A DNA stretch of 64,000 nucleotides from a bacterium (GTDB taxonomy: Bacteria > UBA8248 > JACPRG01 > G963555815): the NCBI GenBank assembly GCA_965218795.1, contig OZ244653.1:1568001-1632000 (forward strand), written 5' to 3'. The translations under genes and the position numbers were made by a program. The first letter of the stretch is position 1, and each line of letters opens with the position of its first letter. The notes under the pieces are model-generated. The model was given only the letters and a program-made list of their open reading frames with translations. It was not told where the DNA came from and ran no database searches. Shown here one piece after another: positions 41,009-51,047 of the stretch.

Positions 41009-42190
41009 CTATGTGCCGACCGCCGCCGGCACTTCGGCGCGAAAATGGGGTATGACTTCCCTGGCGAAGACTTCCATGTTCTTCAGCGTCAGGTGCTGCG
41101 GAAGCGTCCCGGCGTTGAGGGTCGCAACGATGAGCCCGATGCCCGACTCCTTCTCATATTCTTTCAGCCGGTCCCGGACGGTTGCGGCGCCCCCGATCAT
41201 GATCATTCCCTGCTCGTTCAATTTCCGCATGTCGTGAGAGTCCGCCCGGCCGCGCTTGCTGCTGTGTCCCAGCCCGCCCGAATCATCCTTCATGACGCGC
41301 GCCATGGAGCGCTCGGTGATGTAACCCGGCGGGAAAAACTGGTGCTTTGGACGCTTCAGCAGCTGATTGAAGAAATATGCGTAATGGGCTTCCGCCTCCG
41401 CCCACGCCTGTTCATCCGTCTCGGCCACATAGATGGGGATGTTCCAGCCCAATTGATCCGGGGTCGCCTGATAACCGGCCTCTTCGGCGTAGCGCTTGTA
41501 CTCATCCAGCACCCGTTTAACCTGCGAGAATGGCGCGAACACATGCATGTAGGGATACCTTCGCTCGGCCGCGAAGATGACGGTTTCGATACTCCCCTGA
41601 CCGGGCAGCCAGACCGGAGGATGCGGCTTCTGGAACGGACGCGGCCACGGATTGACGTATCTGAATTTATAGTGCCTGCCTTCGAAGGAGAACGGCCCCG
41701 GATCCGTCCAGGCGCGGAGGATCAGGTCGTGGGCCTCGAAGAACCGATCCCGGGAGGTGGTGGGGTCCATGCTGAAGGCGGTGTACTCGTCCCCCACGCC
41801 GCGAACGAAGCCCGAATCGATGCGGCCCCCTGAGATGACGTCCAGCATGGACACCTCCTCCGCCACACGGAGGGGATGATTTCGCAACGGGATGGCGTTC
41901 CCCAGGATCGCGATTCGAACCCGGCTCGTCTGCCTGGCCAGGGCGGCGGCCATGATGTTGGGCGCGGGCATCAATCCGTAGCAGGTCTGGTGGTGCTCGT
42001 TGACCGCGACCCCGTCGAAGCCCAGCTCTTCGGCCCGCAGAAAGGCATCCAGGTAATCGTTGTAAAGGATGTGCCCCTTCTCGGAATCAAAGTGCTCGTT
42101 GGGCACCATGACCCAGGAGGTTCCGTACGTCTCCAGGTAGTCATCGGGCATGAAGGGATACGGCATCAGGTGAAAGAAATAGAATTTCAT
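41009..42190 (-). CDS. LLM class flavin-dependent oxidoreductase/monooxygenase
   Basis: MKFYFFHLMPY, NEHHQ, PLRVAEE, GFVRG, WPRPFQKPHPP. Confidence 0.9.
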   Translation of the reverse strand: MKFYFFHLMPYPFMPDDYLETYGTSWVMVPNEHFDSEKGHILYNDYLDAFLRAEELGFDGVAVNEHHQTCYGLMPAPNIMAAALARQTSRVRIAILGNAIPLRNHPLRVAEEVSMLDVISGGRIDSGFVRGVGDEYTAFSMDPTTSRDRFFEAHDLILRAWTDPGPFSFEGRHYKFRYVNPWPRPFQKPHPPVWLPGQGSIETVIFAAERRYPYMHVFAPFSQVKRVLDEYKRYAEEAGYQATPDQLGWNIPIYVAETDEQAWAEAEAHYAYFFNQLLKRPKHQFFPPGYITERSMARVMKDDSGGLGHSSKRGRADSHDMRKLNEQGMIMIGGAATVRDRLKEYEKESGIGLIVATLNAGTLPQHLTLKNMEVFAREVIPHFRAEVPAAVGT

Positions 42191-42224
42191 GGAAATCTCA
42201 CGGAAGTCAGTGAACCGCGGCCCT

Positions 42225-42434
42225 TCAAGGGCCAGTGGGGACAGAAATCGGGGAACGGGGTCGCCTTTCCGACGGGTCACGCCACAGAACGAGGTCTTTG
42301 CCCAACCGACGGACGCTCACCGGCGGGCCCTTGAGGTCGCCCGACGGCAGGACGGCGTGCCGGCAATCGGGCATCCCGTCCAGCATGGCCTCGTCGAACA
42401 TGGAACCGCGGATTCCTGCCTTCGTCTCCATCAC
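42225..42434 (-). pseudogene. N-terminal fragment of a Rieske aromatic oxygenase alpha subunit
   Basis: HAVLPS.DL..PVSVRRLGKDLVLWRD followed, after a frameshift, by DFCPH; the rest is missing. Confidence 0.7.
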
Positions 42435-42458
42435 CGGGCTCCCATTCCATCATGGGCC

Positions 42459-42962
42459 CTACTTCTTCCTCTTGATCTTCGCCAACGGATGTTCCGGCGG
42501 ATAGGTCGGAGTCTGCGGCTTGGACGCGCCAAGCATGACGCACATCAACGCCTCTTCGTCGGTATCGTTTCGGATCCCCCGATACAATCCGGGCGGCACG
42601 GAGATCAGATCGCGCTCCCGGAGAACCCGCTCCACCTTTTGGCCTTCATGTTCCACGTACACATGGACCGTCCCCTTGAGGATGAAGAAGGCCTCTTCAA
42701 CATCGGAGTGGAGGTGAGAAGGACCCTCGCAGCCGGGCGGAAGGATCATCGTGCTGAAGGTGAAGTGGACCGACGGGACGACGTTGGCGTCATGCGCCAC
42801 GCCCGTTCCGCCCGTGCCCATGTATCGCATCTGGGCCCGGCGGTATTTCGGGTCGTAGTCGGCCTGGAACCTGAGCGCCTCCCAATCGGGATCGCGATCC
42901 TGCAGGCGGGCAATGTGCTGGTCTACGACCTCTTCGAGGGTCGGGCTTTCGGTATCCGACAT
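42459..42962 (-). CDS. Cupin domain protein
   Basis: RRAQMRYMGTGGTG, HLHSDVEEAFF, SVPPGLYRG, PTYP. Confidence 0.88.
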   Translation of the reverse strand: MSDTESPTLEEVVDQHIARLQDRDPDWEALRFQADYDPKYRRAQMRYMGTGGTGVAHDANVVPSVHFTFSTMILPPGCEGPSHLHSDVEEAFFILKGTVHVYVEHEGQKVERVLRERDLISVPPGLYRGIRNDTDEEALMCVMLGASKPQTPTYPPEHPLAKIKRKK

Positions 42963-43661
42963 TGTTCCTCTCCTTAACAGTCAGAATCTCCGGCGTTGTT
43001 CGCCGGGGTCCCGGGATAGGGGACAGACGCTCCACTTGATTCATCACGGGTCGTTCACCCACCGAGATCATTCGCAATCCGGGACGACCCGGACGGCGAC
43101 TCCCGACGCATCGGGAACCGCGCCGAACAGCCACGACTCGAAGGCGTGCGGCATCCAAGGATTTCGGTATAAGCGCGGACTTCGTCGGAAAGGCCTATCA
43201 TGACGACGTGAGGCGCGGCTCCCCGGAGGGCGCTCCACTGACGGCGATTCCATGCAAAAAGAAAAACGGGCGCGTCCAGTCGTGCCGTGTGATGATTTCC
43301 ACCCCGATTCTGACGCAAGGAACTACCCCCGCGCATGACGATCCTGGCGAAAATACAGGCCGGATCATCCTGATGGATCATCGTACTTGACGCTGAAAAT
43401 GAATGCAATTCGACCTCATTCCCGCTCGTGATTGGTTGCAAAGAATCGCGTCAAACCGCAGCCCCGACCTGAGCGGAGGACCGTGCCCGAAGCGGAGACC
43501 GGGGCAACCGCTCAGGCCGCGAAGTCTTCCGAGTTGATCAGTCAACTGACCAACGACCCCATTCTCTCATTGCGAATCAGACGGGTCGGAGGACAGTTTC
43601 TTAGAAAATCATCGGTCCTGACTCGGACCGGATAGACCCCGCCCGCCCTCGGAATCGGGTC

Positions 43662-45317
43662 TTAGGCTCTCGCGAGGGGAAGAATGAGCCGGGACGGGGC
43701 GCCGCTGCCGGTTGAGACGGAAAGGGTGGTGATTCGCTGGTCGAGGAGTCTCGCATAGCCGGGTGGGTCCCCGGTTCCCGGGTTGATGTCAAACGCCGGA
43801 AAGCAGGCCCCTGCCAGACTGAGTCGGACCCGATGCCCCGCAGGCACCCGGCAACAGACCGCGCGGAGGCCGAGCTTCAAAGGGTCTGCGGTCCCGTCCG
43901 GTCCGATCCGCGCGTGGCTTTGGGTCAGATTGTACACCCTCCCGTCGGGTCGCACGTCCGAGAGCACCGCCGAAACGTCGAAGCTTGGCTGGTCGGCGCG
44001 GCACCAGAGCTCGACCGTGACGACTCCGGCCAAAAAAAGATCCTCCTCGAAGGGTTCCGATGTGTAGGTCAACACGTCGGATCGGCCGTCCACCTCCGAG
44101 CGGTCCACGCTGCCGTGCGGATTTCCAAGGTGTCCTCCGATCGAGGGTACGGGACGCCAGGGATCGTGGACAAGGACGTCTTCGCCCCCCGTGGCCGGGG
44201 ATTGAAGACTCAGCAGCCCGTCCGTCGCGTCGATTCCCGCCCGGCCGCTGCTGGACAGGAAGAAGGTTTCGCCTTCCCCATCCGGCCATGCATCGAACCT
44301 CCGCCACCCCTCGCCTCCCATCTCGTAAAGGAGAACGGGCGGCTCATCCAGGATTCCGGTCTCCAGCCCTTTCAGCCAATGGTCGAACCAGCGGATCTGC
44401 ATCCGGTCGACCCGGCTGACGGCCGTCGGTCCGAAATCCACCTCGCCCACCTTCGCGCTCCACGGCATGTGGACCCATGGGCCGACGATCAGCCGCTGCG
44501 GGCTTCGGCACCGGGCCGCCATATCCCGGTAGGCCGCCAAGGTGCCGGAGAGGAGCGCATCAAACCATCCGCCGATGTGAAGCGCCGGCAGGTCGATCGC
44601 CCTCGCCACGGACTTGGGCGAGATCCGCTCCCAGTAAGGGCCGGGGCGAGGGCTGGAAACCCAATCGTCGTAATGGCAAAAATCTCCGTATCGGGTCAGT
44701 ATCTCCGGCCTTGCGGGAACCGCCTCGAACAGCGGCATCCCCCGGGACGCCGAGAACAGGGCCTGGTGGGCTGCCATGTCGCCGTTTCGGCGGGCCGTCT
44801 CCGTGGCGAGTTGGAGAGCCCAGGCCATATCAAGCTCCAGACGGAGGGCTCCGTTCTCATAGGCGAAGTCCTCGTAGAGGTCATAGGCGAGCATTGCGGG
44901 ACAGATCGCCTTGAGGTCCCGGGCGCCCGAGGCGGCGGCGAGGAGCTGCGTCATTCCCTGGTACGAGAATCCGTACATGCCGACTTCGCCCGTGCTTCCC
45001 GGCAGATCGGCCGCCCAGGCAACGGTGTCAAATCCGTCGTGCAATTCCTGTTCGAGGAGACGGAATTCCCCCTCCGAGGTTCCCCGGCCGCGAACGTCCT
45101 GGATCACGACGATGTAGCCCTGCCGCGCATACCAGGACGGGTGGGCGAAGCTGACCGTGGAAGCGATGGCCCGTCCGTAAGGCTGTCGCATCAGGAGCCC
45201 CGGGAGCCGTTCTTCAGTGTCGGGGCGGTAAACGTCGGCGTCCAGGCGCACGCCGTCCCGCGTCGCCATCGAGACGGTCTCACGCGGCTTGAGCGGATAG
45301 TGTTCTGGCTGAATCAT
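43662..45317 (-). CDS. CocE/NonD family hydrolase
   Basis: RDGVRLDADVYRP, QDVRGRGTSEG, GFSYQG, GGWFD, GPWVH. Confidence 0.92.
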   Translation of the reverse strand: MIQPEHYPLKPRETVSMATRDGVRLDADVYRPDTEERLPGLLMRQPYGRAIASTVSFAHPSWYARQGYIVVIQDVRGRGTSEGEFRLLEQELHDGFDTVAWAADLPGSTGEVGMYGFSYQGMTQLLAAASGARDLKAICPAMLAYDLYEDFAYENGALRLELDMAWALQLATETARRNGDMAAHQALFSASRGMPLFEAVPARPEILTRYGDFCHYDDWVSSPRPGPYWERISPKSVARAIDLPALHIGGWFDALLSGTLAAYRDMAARCRSPQRLIVGPWVHMPWSAKVGEVDFGPTAVSRVDRMQIRWFDHWLKGLETGILDEPPVLLYEMGGEGWRRFDAWPDGEGETFFLSSSGRAGIDATDGLLSLQSPATGGEDVLVHDPWRPVPSIGGHLGNPHGSVDRSEVDGRSDVLTYTSEPFEEDLFLAGVVTVELWCRADQPSFDVSAVLSDVRPDGRVYNLTQSHARIGPDGTADPLKLGLRAVCCRVPAGHRVRLSLAGACFPAFDINPGTGDPPGYARLLDQRITTLSVSTGSGAPSRLILPLARA

Positions 45318-45484
45318 GAGATGGGGACGCCTCGGTCCCTGCCTCCACCGGTATCCCTTCACTCCATCAAGTGAAGGTGGGATTTGAACCCAAGCATGAA
45401 AATCTTTTCAATGTTCGCTTATGATATCCCGCACAGCATCGCATTCCAATTCGGGTTCCAACCCGATACAAACGGAGACGGACC

Positions 45485-46291
45485 GTGAGCCAATTGCCCC
45501 GCCGCTACTGGCAGGAGATGACCACCGAGGAATTCTCCGCCCTCGATCGGGAGCGGACCATCGCTCTCCTTCCCATCGCAGCCATCGAACAGCACGGACC
45601 GCACCTGCCGGTTTACGTGGACGCCTGCATCAATCAGGGGCTCATCACCCGAACGCTGGAGCTGATGCCCGACGACCTGTCCGTTACCGTGCTGCCGCCG
45701 GTCACGGTCGGGAAGAGCAATGAGCACGCCGCCTTCCCCGGAACGCTGACCCTCTCCGCCGAAACCCTCATCCGGATGTTGATGGAGATGGGCGAGTGCG
45801 TCCATCGGTCGGGGCTCGGAAAACTGGTTCTGTACAACTCCCACGGCGGCCAGCCGCAGATTCTCGACATCGTGGCGCGGGACCTGCGGGTCCGTTTCAA
45901 GCTGCTGGTCGTCGCGGCAACGGCGTACGGCCTGGCGGATGGAGACGACCTGTTTTCCGAGTGGGAGCTCCGTCACGGCATTCACGGCGGGGACGTCGAG
46001 ACGTCCATCATGCTGGCCCTGCGGCCTGACCTGGTCCGGATGGAGAAGGCCAAGCGGTTCGACCCGGTCTCGACCGAGATGGAGAAACAGTTTCGCTTTT
46101 TGATGCCCGAGGGGCGTGTGGGTTTCGGCTGGCAGGTTCAGGATATTCAGGGCGAGGGAGCCTGCGGGGATGCCGGTCAGGCCGCCGCCGAAAAGGGACA
46201 GAAAATGATCGACCGGTTGGCCGAAGGTTTGGTCACTCTGCTACGGGAAGTTGACCAACTTCCCCTGACCATCCTGAAAGATCACCCTTAA
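45485..46291 (+). CDS. Creatininase family protein
   Basis: EQHGPHLP..D, NSHGG, HGGDVETS. Confidence 0.92.
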   Translation: MSQLPRRYWQEMTTEEFSALDRERTIALLPIAAIEQHGPHLPVYVDACINQGLITRTLELMPDDLSVTVLPPVTVGKSNEHAAFPGTLTLSAETLIRMLMEMGECVHRSGLGKLVLYNSHGGQPQILDIVARDLRVRFKLLVVAATAYGLADGDDLFSEWELRHGIHGGDVETSIMLALRPDLVRMEKAKRFDPVSTEMEKQFRFLMPEGRVGFGWQVQDIQGEGACGDAGQAAAEKGQKMIDRLAEGLVTLLREVDQLPLTILKDHP

Positions 46292-46600
46292 TCCGGAAAT
46301 CTGGCAGCGGGACGCTTCCCTGAATCCTCGCGCAGGTCGATGAGCTGGGCCCGGAATGATAACTTGAGTCCTCCACTTCGAGTTTTTGAATTTTGGGAAT
46401 CATTTCGGTATACTTTTCCTGATGTCCTATCAGATTGGGTACCGGAGAGTCGGATGCTTGCCGTCCCCGGAAGTCTCCGGCGCGGCGTTCATGAGAATTC
46501 TGGAAACCTGCACGCAAGCCTCCATCGCAGGCGTGTCCGGCTTTCGAGGGTTCCGGATGAACCGGCGCTCTCCCGGATCTTCAATGGAAAGGAGGGTACG

Positions 46601-47617
46601 ATGACGATGAAATCGATGCTTCGGACCGCATCCCGCTTTCTTTGGATAGGCCTTGTGGCGGCGCTGGCCGTGGCCTGGATCGTCCAACCGGCTCTGTCGG
46701 CGGATAAGGTCAAGTTCATGACGAACTGGAAGGCCCAGGCCGAGCACGGCGGCTTTTACCAGGCCATCGCAACCGGAATCTACAAGAAGAAGGGCCTGGA
46801 CGTGACCCTCCGGATGGGCGGGCCCGGCGCCAACAACCCGCAACTACTGGCCGGAGGCGCCATCGACATCAACCTGTCGACGAACACGGGGATGGCGCTG
46901 AACTTCCTCAAGAACAACGTCCCCATGATCACCGTCGCCGCGATCTTCCAGAAAGACCCGCAGGTCCTGATCTCCCACCCGGGTCAGGGGAACGACACCA
47001 TCCCCGCCATGAAGGGCAAGCCGATCATGATCTCCACGGCCGCCCGCAATACGTGGTGGATTTATTTCAGGCAAAAGTACGGGTTCAAAGATAACCAGAT
47101 CCGCCGGTACACCTTCCAGATGGCCCCCTTCCTTGTGGACAAGAAGGCCATCCAGCAGGGCTACGTCAGCAGCGAGCCTTTCTACATCAAAAAGGAAGGC
47201 GTCAACCCGATCGTCAACCTCATCGCCGACACCGGCTGGCCGGCCTATTCGGCGTTGCTCACCACGTCCAAGGACTGGGTGGACAACAAGACCGACGTGG
47301 TGCGCAAGTTCGTCGAAGGCAGCATCGAGGGCTGGTACAGCTACCTCTTCAAGAATCCTGCTCCGGCAAACAAGCTCATCCAGAAAGACAACAAGGAGAT
47401 GTCCAGCGCTCAGATCGTCTATGGCATCTCCAAGCTGAAGGAGCACGGCATCGTCGACGGAGCCGACGCCAAGAGACTGGGTATCGGCACCATGACAGAG
47501 CCGCGCATCAAGGAATTCTTTGAACTGATGAGCAACGCCGGTCTCTACGACAAGAACATGAAATACATGAAGGCGTTCGACCTTCGGTTCGTCAACAAGA
47601 AGCACGGCATGATGTAG
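46601..47617 (+). CDS. NMT1/THI5-like ABC substrate-binding protein
   Basis: Signal peptide; TNWKAQAEHGGFYQA, QKDPQ, QQGYVSSEP; AAGGAGG RBS. Confidence 0.9.
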   Translation: MTMKSMLRTASRFLWIGLVAALAVAWIVQPALSADKVKFMTNWKAQAEHGGFYQAIATGIYKKKGLDVTLRMGGPGANNPQLLAGGAIDINLSTNTGMALNFLKNNVPMITVAAIFQKDPQVLISHPGQGNDTIPAMKGKPIMISTAARNTWWIYFRQKYGFKDNQIRRYTFQMAPFLVDKKAIQQGYVSSEPFYIKKEGVNPIVNLIADTGWPAYSALLTTSKDWVDNKTDVVRKFVEGSIEGWYSYLFKNPAPANKLIQKDNKEMSSAQIVYGISKLKEHGIVDGADAKRLGIGTMTEPRIKEFFELMSNAGLYDKNMKYMKAFDLRFVNKKHGMM

Positions 47618-47636
47618 TCATTTGGTTTTGCGGTCC

Positions 47637-47665
47637 CCGGCCGGCGCCTTGCAGGCGCCGGCCGG
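47637..47665. terminator. Perfect 13-bp GC stem-loop after the SBP gene (mRNA stabiliser or partial terminator)
   Basis: ccggccggcgcct-tgc-aggcgccggccgg; no clear U-tract. Confidence 0.5.
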
Positions 47666-47719
47666 CATCCATTTCCATACATTCCCGATTCCACGGGGCA
47701 GAAAGGTCCCGTCCGTATC

Positions 47720-48502
47720 ATGTTCAGTGCCAACGACATCGTCTCGCTTACGAAAGTGGATAAGACCTATTCCAACGGGACCGTCGCCCTGAAGGGCATG
47801 GACCTGACGGTCACCGACCGCGAGTTCGTCAGCCTGCTGGGTCCCTCGGGTTGCGGCAAGAGCACAGGGCTTCGCCTGATTGCCGGACTGGGCGACCTGA
47901 CGGGCGGACGGATCGACTGGCCCAAGGCCGCCATCGAAGGACACAGCGACCGCCGGCACAACATCGGATTCGTCTTCCAGGAACCGACCCTGATGCCGTG
48001 GGCCACGGTCTTTGACAATGTCTACCTCCCGCTGAAGCTGTCGGGCCTCTCCAAGGCCAAGGCCGCCGACCGGGTCCGGGAATCCATCGGCATGGTCCAC
48101 CTGGACGGCTTCGAGGGCGCCTATCCGCGCGAGCTGTCCGGCGGGATGAAAATGCGCGTCTCCATCGCCCGGGCTCTGGTGACCGACCCGGAAATCCTGC
48201 TGATGGACGAGCCCTTCGCCGCCCTCGACGAGATCACCCGGTTCAAGCTGAACAACGACCTGCTGGCACTCTGGAGGAGCCAGAACCTGACCGTCATTTT
48301 CGTCACGCACAGCGTGTATGAGTCCGTCTTCCTGTCCAAGCGAATCGTCGTCATGGCCGCGCGTCCCGGCCGGGTCATCGATGAGATCCGGATCGAGACC
48401 TCCTACCCGCGCGACGACAGCTTCCGGATCTCGCCGGTTTATAATGATCACTGCCGCAGGGTCTCGGCCCTCCTTCACGAAGCCATGACGGCCGCCAATT
48501 GA
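47720..48502 (+). CDS. ABC transporter ATP-binding protein (TauB/SsuB-like)
   Basis: GPSGCGKS, LSGGM, LLMDEPF, VTH. Confidence 0.95.
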   Translation: MFSANDIVSLTKVDKTYSNGTVALKGMDLTVTDREFVSLLGPSGCGKSTGLRLIAGLGDLTGGRIDWPKAAIEGHSDRRHNIGFVFQEPTLMPWATVFDNVYLPLKLSGLSKAKAADRVRESIGMVHLDGFEGAYPRELSGGMKMRVSIARALVTDPEILLMDEPFAALDEITRFKLNNDLLALWRSQNLTVIFVTHSVYESVFLSKRIVVMAARPGRVIDEIRIETSYPRDDSFRISPVYNDHCRRVSALLHEAMTAAN

Positions 48503-48516
48503 CGGCGGGGGATTCC

Positions 48517-49407
48517 ATGACAACCAACGTCCGAAGCCTTCCCGCCGAAACCCCCGACCCCCGGCACGGTTTTGACGACCTCCCGCCTCCACCCAGGGAA
48601 GAAAAGCGGATCCTCGGCGTTCGGATTTCCACGCTTCCGAAGATCCTCGCTCCGATATTCATCGGGGTCCTTGCCCTCATCGCCTGGCATTTCTTCGTCA
48701 TCTTGAACAACATGCCCCACTATGTCCTTCCCCGCCCCATGCTTGTGATCAAGACGCTTTTCAAGGACTGGGGCACGCTGTCCGAATCGCTGCTGGTCAC
48801 GCTGGAGACCACGGGGTTGGCTTTTCTGTGCGCCGCGGTGGGCGGTCTGCTCATATCCGTTCTGTTTTCGATGTCCAAGTGGGTCGAGATGAGTCTCTTC
48901 CCGTACGCGGTCACCCTCCAAGTGACGCCCATCGTGGCCATCGCGCCGCTGATTATCATCTGGGCCAAGAACATCCAGGTTGCGCTTCTGATTTGCGCCT
49001 GGATTGTCGCCTTCTTCCCCATTGTGTCGAACACGACGCTGGGTCTGAACAGCACGGATCATAATCTGCTGAACCTCTTTCAGCTCTACGGAGCTTCGCG
49101 GCGGCAGATCCTCTGGCACCTGCGGCTCCCCAACGCCATGCCGTACTACCTCGGGGGTCTGCGGATCAGCGGCGGGCTGGCGCTCATCGGGGCGGTCGTC
49201 GCGGAGTTCGTCGCCGGCACCGGCGGGGACGCCTCCGGTCTCGCGTATCGGATCCTCGAATCGGGCTACCGGCTCAATATCCCGCGGATGTTCGCCGCGC
49301 TGATCATGATCTCCCTGACCGGAATTTGCATCTTCCTGGTGCTCAGCCTCGTACAGCACCTCGCTCTGCGAAAATGGCATGAAAGCGCGGTGAAGCGGGA
49401 GAATTAA
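48517..49407 (+). CDS. ABC transporter permease (TauC/SsuC-like)
   Basis: QVTPIVAIAPL, LRLPNAMP, IGAVVAEF. Confidence 0.92.
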   Translation: MTTNVRSLPAETPDPRHGFDDLPPPPREEKRILGVRISTLPKILAPIFIGVLALIAWHFFVILNNMPHYVLPRPMLVIKTLFKDWGTLSESLLVTLETTGLAFLCAAVGGLLISVLFSMSKWVEMSLFPYAVTLQVTPIVAIAPLIIIWAKNIQVALLICAWIVAFFPIVSNTTLGLNSTDHNLLNLFQLYGASRRQILWHLRLPNAMPYYLGGLRISGGLALIGAVVAEFVAGTGGDASGLAYRILESGYRLNIPRMFAALIMISLTGICIFLVLSLVQHLALRKWHESAVKREN

Positions 49408-49472
49408 TCGGGCGAAACCCAGTCCTCCGGGCCGGGCGTTCCGGCTCGGAGGACTCGAGGGAGGAATCTTTC

Positions 49473-50900
49473 ATGACACAGACTCGGAATCGGAAAGAGA
49501 CCGATTGGCAGGACTTCGCCAAGACCCTGGGAGCCGTCCCGACAAGCCTCGATCCCGGAATCATCAAGCAAAAATCCCTCGACTACTACTGGTTCAGCCC
49601 GATCCTGAAGCGGGATCTCGCTGATAAGCGGGCCGACATCGTCATCACCCCCCGCGACGAAGAAGAAGTCCTCCGCACTGTCCGGACGTGCGTGGAGCGA
49701 CGGGTGCCGATTACGGTCCGGGCCGGCGGAACCGGCAATTACGGCCAGGCCATTCCGACCGAAGGCGGAGCCGTCCTGGACCTCACTGCATTGAACCGGA
49801 TCGAATGGTTCCAGTCCGGCATCATCCGCTGCGAGGCAGGGCTGATGCTGGACGACCTCGACGCCGCTGCGAATGAGACCGGCTGGGAGATCCGCCTGTA
49901 TCCCTCAACGAAACGCACCGCGACCGTGGGCGGCCACGTGGCCGGCGGCAGCGGGGGAGTCGGGTCCATCCGCCACGGGTTGTTGCGCGACCCCGGCAAT
50001 GTCAACGCGGTTCGGGTCGTCACGCTCGAGGATGATCCGAGGGTCCTCGAGCTCCGGGGCCGGGACATCAATCAGGTCAATCACGCCTACGGGACCAACG
50101 GGATCATCACGGCGCTGGAGATGCCGCTGACGCCGGCCCATCCCTGGGCCGACGTGGTCGCCTCGTTCGACGACTTCATCACCGCCTCCCGTTTCGGAGA
50201 GACCCTGGGCCAGGCGGACGGCGTCGTCGTCAACGAGATCTGCGTCCTTGCCTGGCCGATCCCCGAGTATTTCAAGCCGCTCCGGAGATTCATCCCGGAG
50301 GGGAGCGGAACGGCCTTTTGCATCGTCGCCGAGCAGTCGCTGGAATGGTTCGAGTACCTCGTGAACGATTTCGGGGGCTCCATCTGCTACAAGAAGAACG
50401 CCGAAGAGGTCGCCAAGACCACTCCCCTGTACGAATACACCTGGAACCACACCACGCTGTACGCCATCAAAGTCGACCCCTCCATCACGTACCTGCAAAC
50501 ACTGTTCGAACCCGGCCGGTCCATCGAGATGATCGAGCATTTCTACAGCTATTTCGGTGACGAAACCCCGATGCACGTGGAGTTCGTCCGTCTGCACGGG
50601 CAAGTGGGCGCCTTCGCGGTGCAGCTCCTCCGCTACACCACCGAGGAACGGCTGAACGAGATTATCGAATACCTCGAGGACCACGGAGCGCCCGTCTTCA
50701 ATCCCCACACGCCCATTCTGGAGGACGGGGGAATGAAGATGGTCGATCAAGAGCAGCTCAACTTCAAGCGGGAGGCCGACCCCCACGGGCTGTCCAATCC
50801 CGGAAAGATGCGGGCCTGGTGGGAGGAGAAACAGGCCGACGTCCGGAAGGAAGGCGCTTTGTACGAAGCGCGCGAAAGCGGAAAGACCTTCACCACCTAG
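49473..50900 (+). CDS. FAD-binding oxidoreductase (GlcD/VAO-type)
   Basis: RAGGTGNYGQ, ATVGG, GTNGIIT, DPHGLSNPGKM. Confidence 0.88.
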   Translation: MTQTRNRKETDWQDFAKTLGAVPTSLDPGIIKQKSLDYYWFSPILKRDLADKRADIVITPRDEEEVLRTVRTCVERRVPITVRAGGTGNYGQAIPTEGGAVLDLTALNRIEWFQSGIIRCEAGLMLDDLDAAANETGWEIRLYPSTKRTATVGGHVAGGSGGVGSIRHGLLRDPGNVNAVRVVTLEDDPRVLELRGRDINQVNHAYGTNGIITALEMPLTPAHPWADVVASFDDFITASRFGETLGQADGVVVNEICVLAWPIPEYFKPLRRFIPEGSGTAFCIVAEQSLEWFEYLVNDFGGSICYKKNAEEVAKTTPLYEYTWNHTTLYAIKVDPSITYLQTLFEPGRSIEMIEHFYSYFGDETPMHVEFVRLHGQVGAFAVQLLRYTTEERLNEIIEYLEDHGAPVFNPHTPILEDGGMKMVDQEQLNFKREADPHGLSNPGKMRAWWEEKQADVRKEGALYEARESGKTFTT

Positions 50901-51047
50901 AGAGTCGTCCAGCGTGAGACATCAGGATCGCTGAAATCCCATTCGCTGCGCCGAGGGGTCCGACAAGGCGTGAATTCATTCGGGGCGGGCATCATGTCCG
51001 CCCTCCCTTTCTGAAGAGTACGGGTCATCCTGCCCGGGAAATCCCGC

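Noticed and set aside
46292-46600. TPP riboswitch upstream of the NMT1/THI5-like SBP
   Set aside because: I could not find the CTGAGA and ACCTGA..GGGA TPP core motifs
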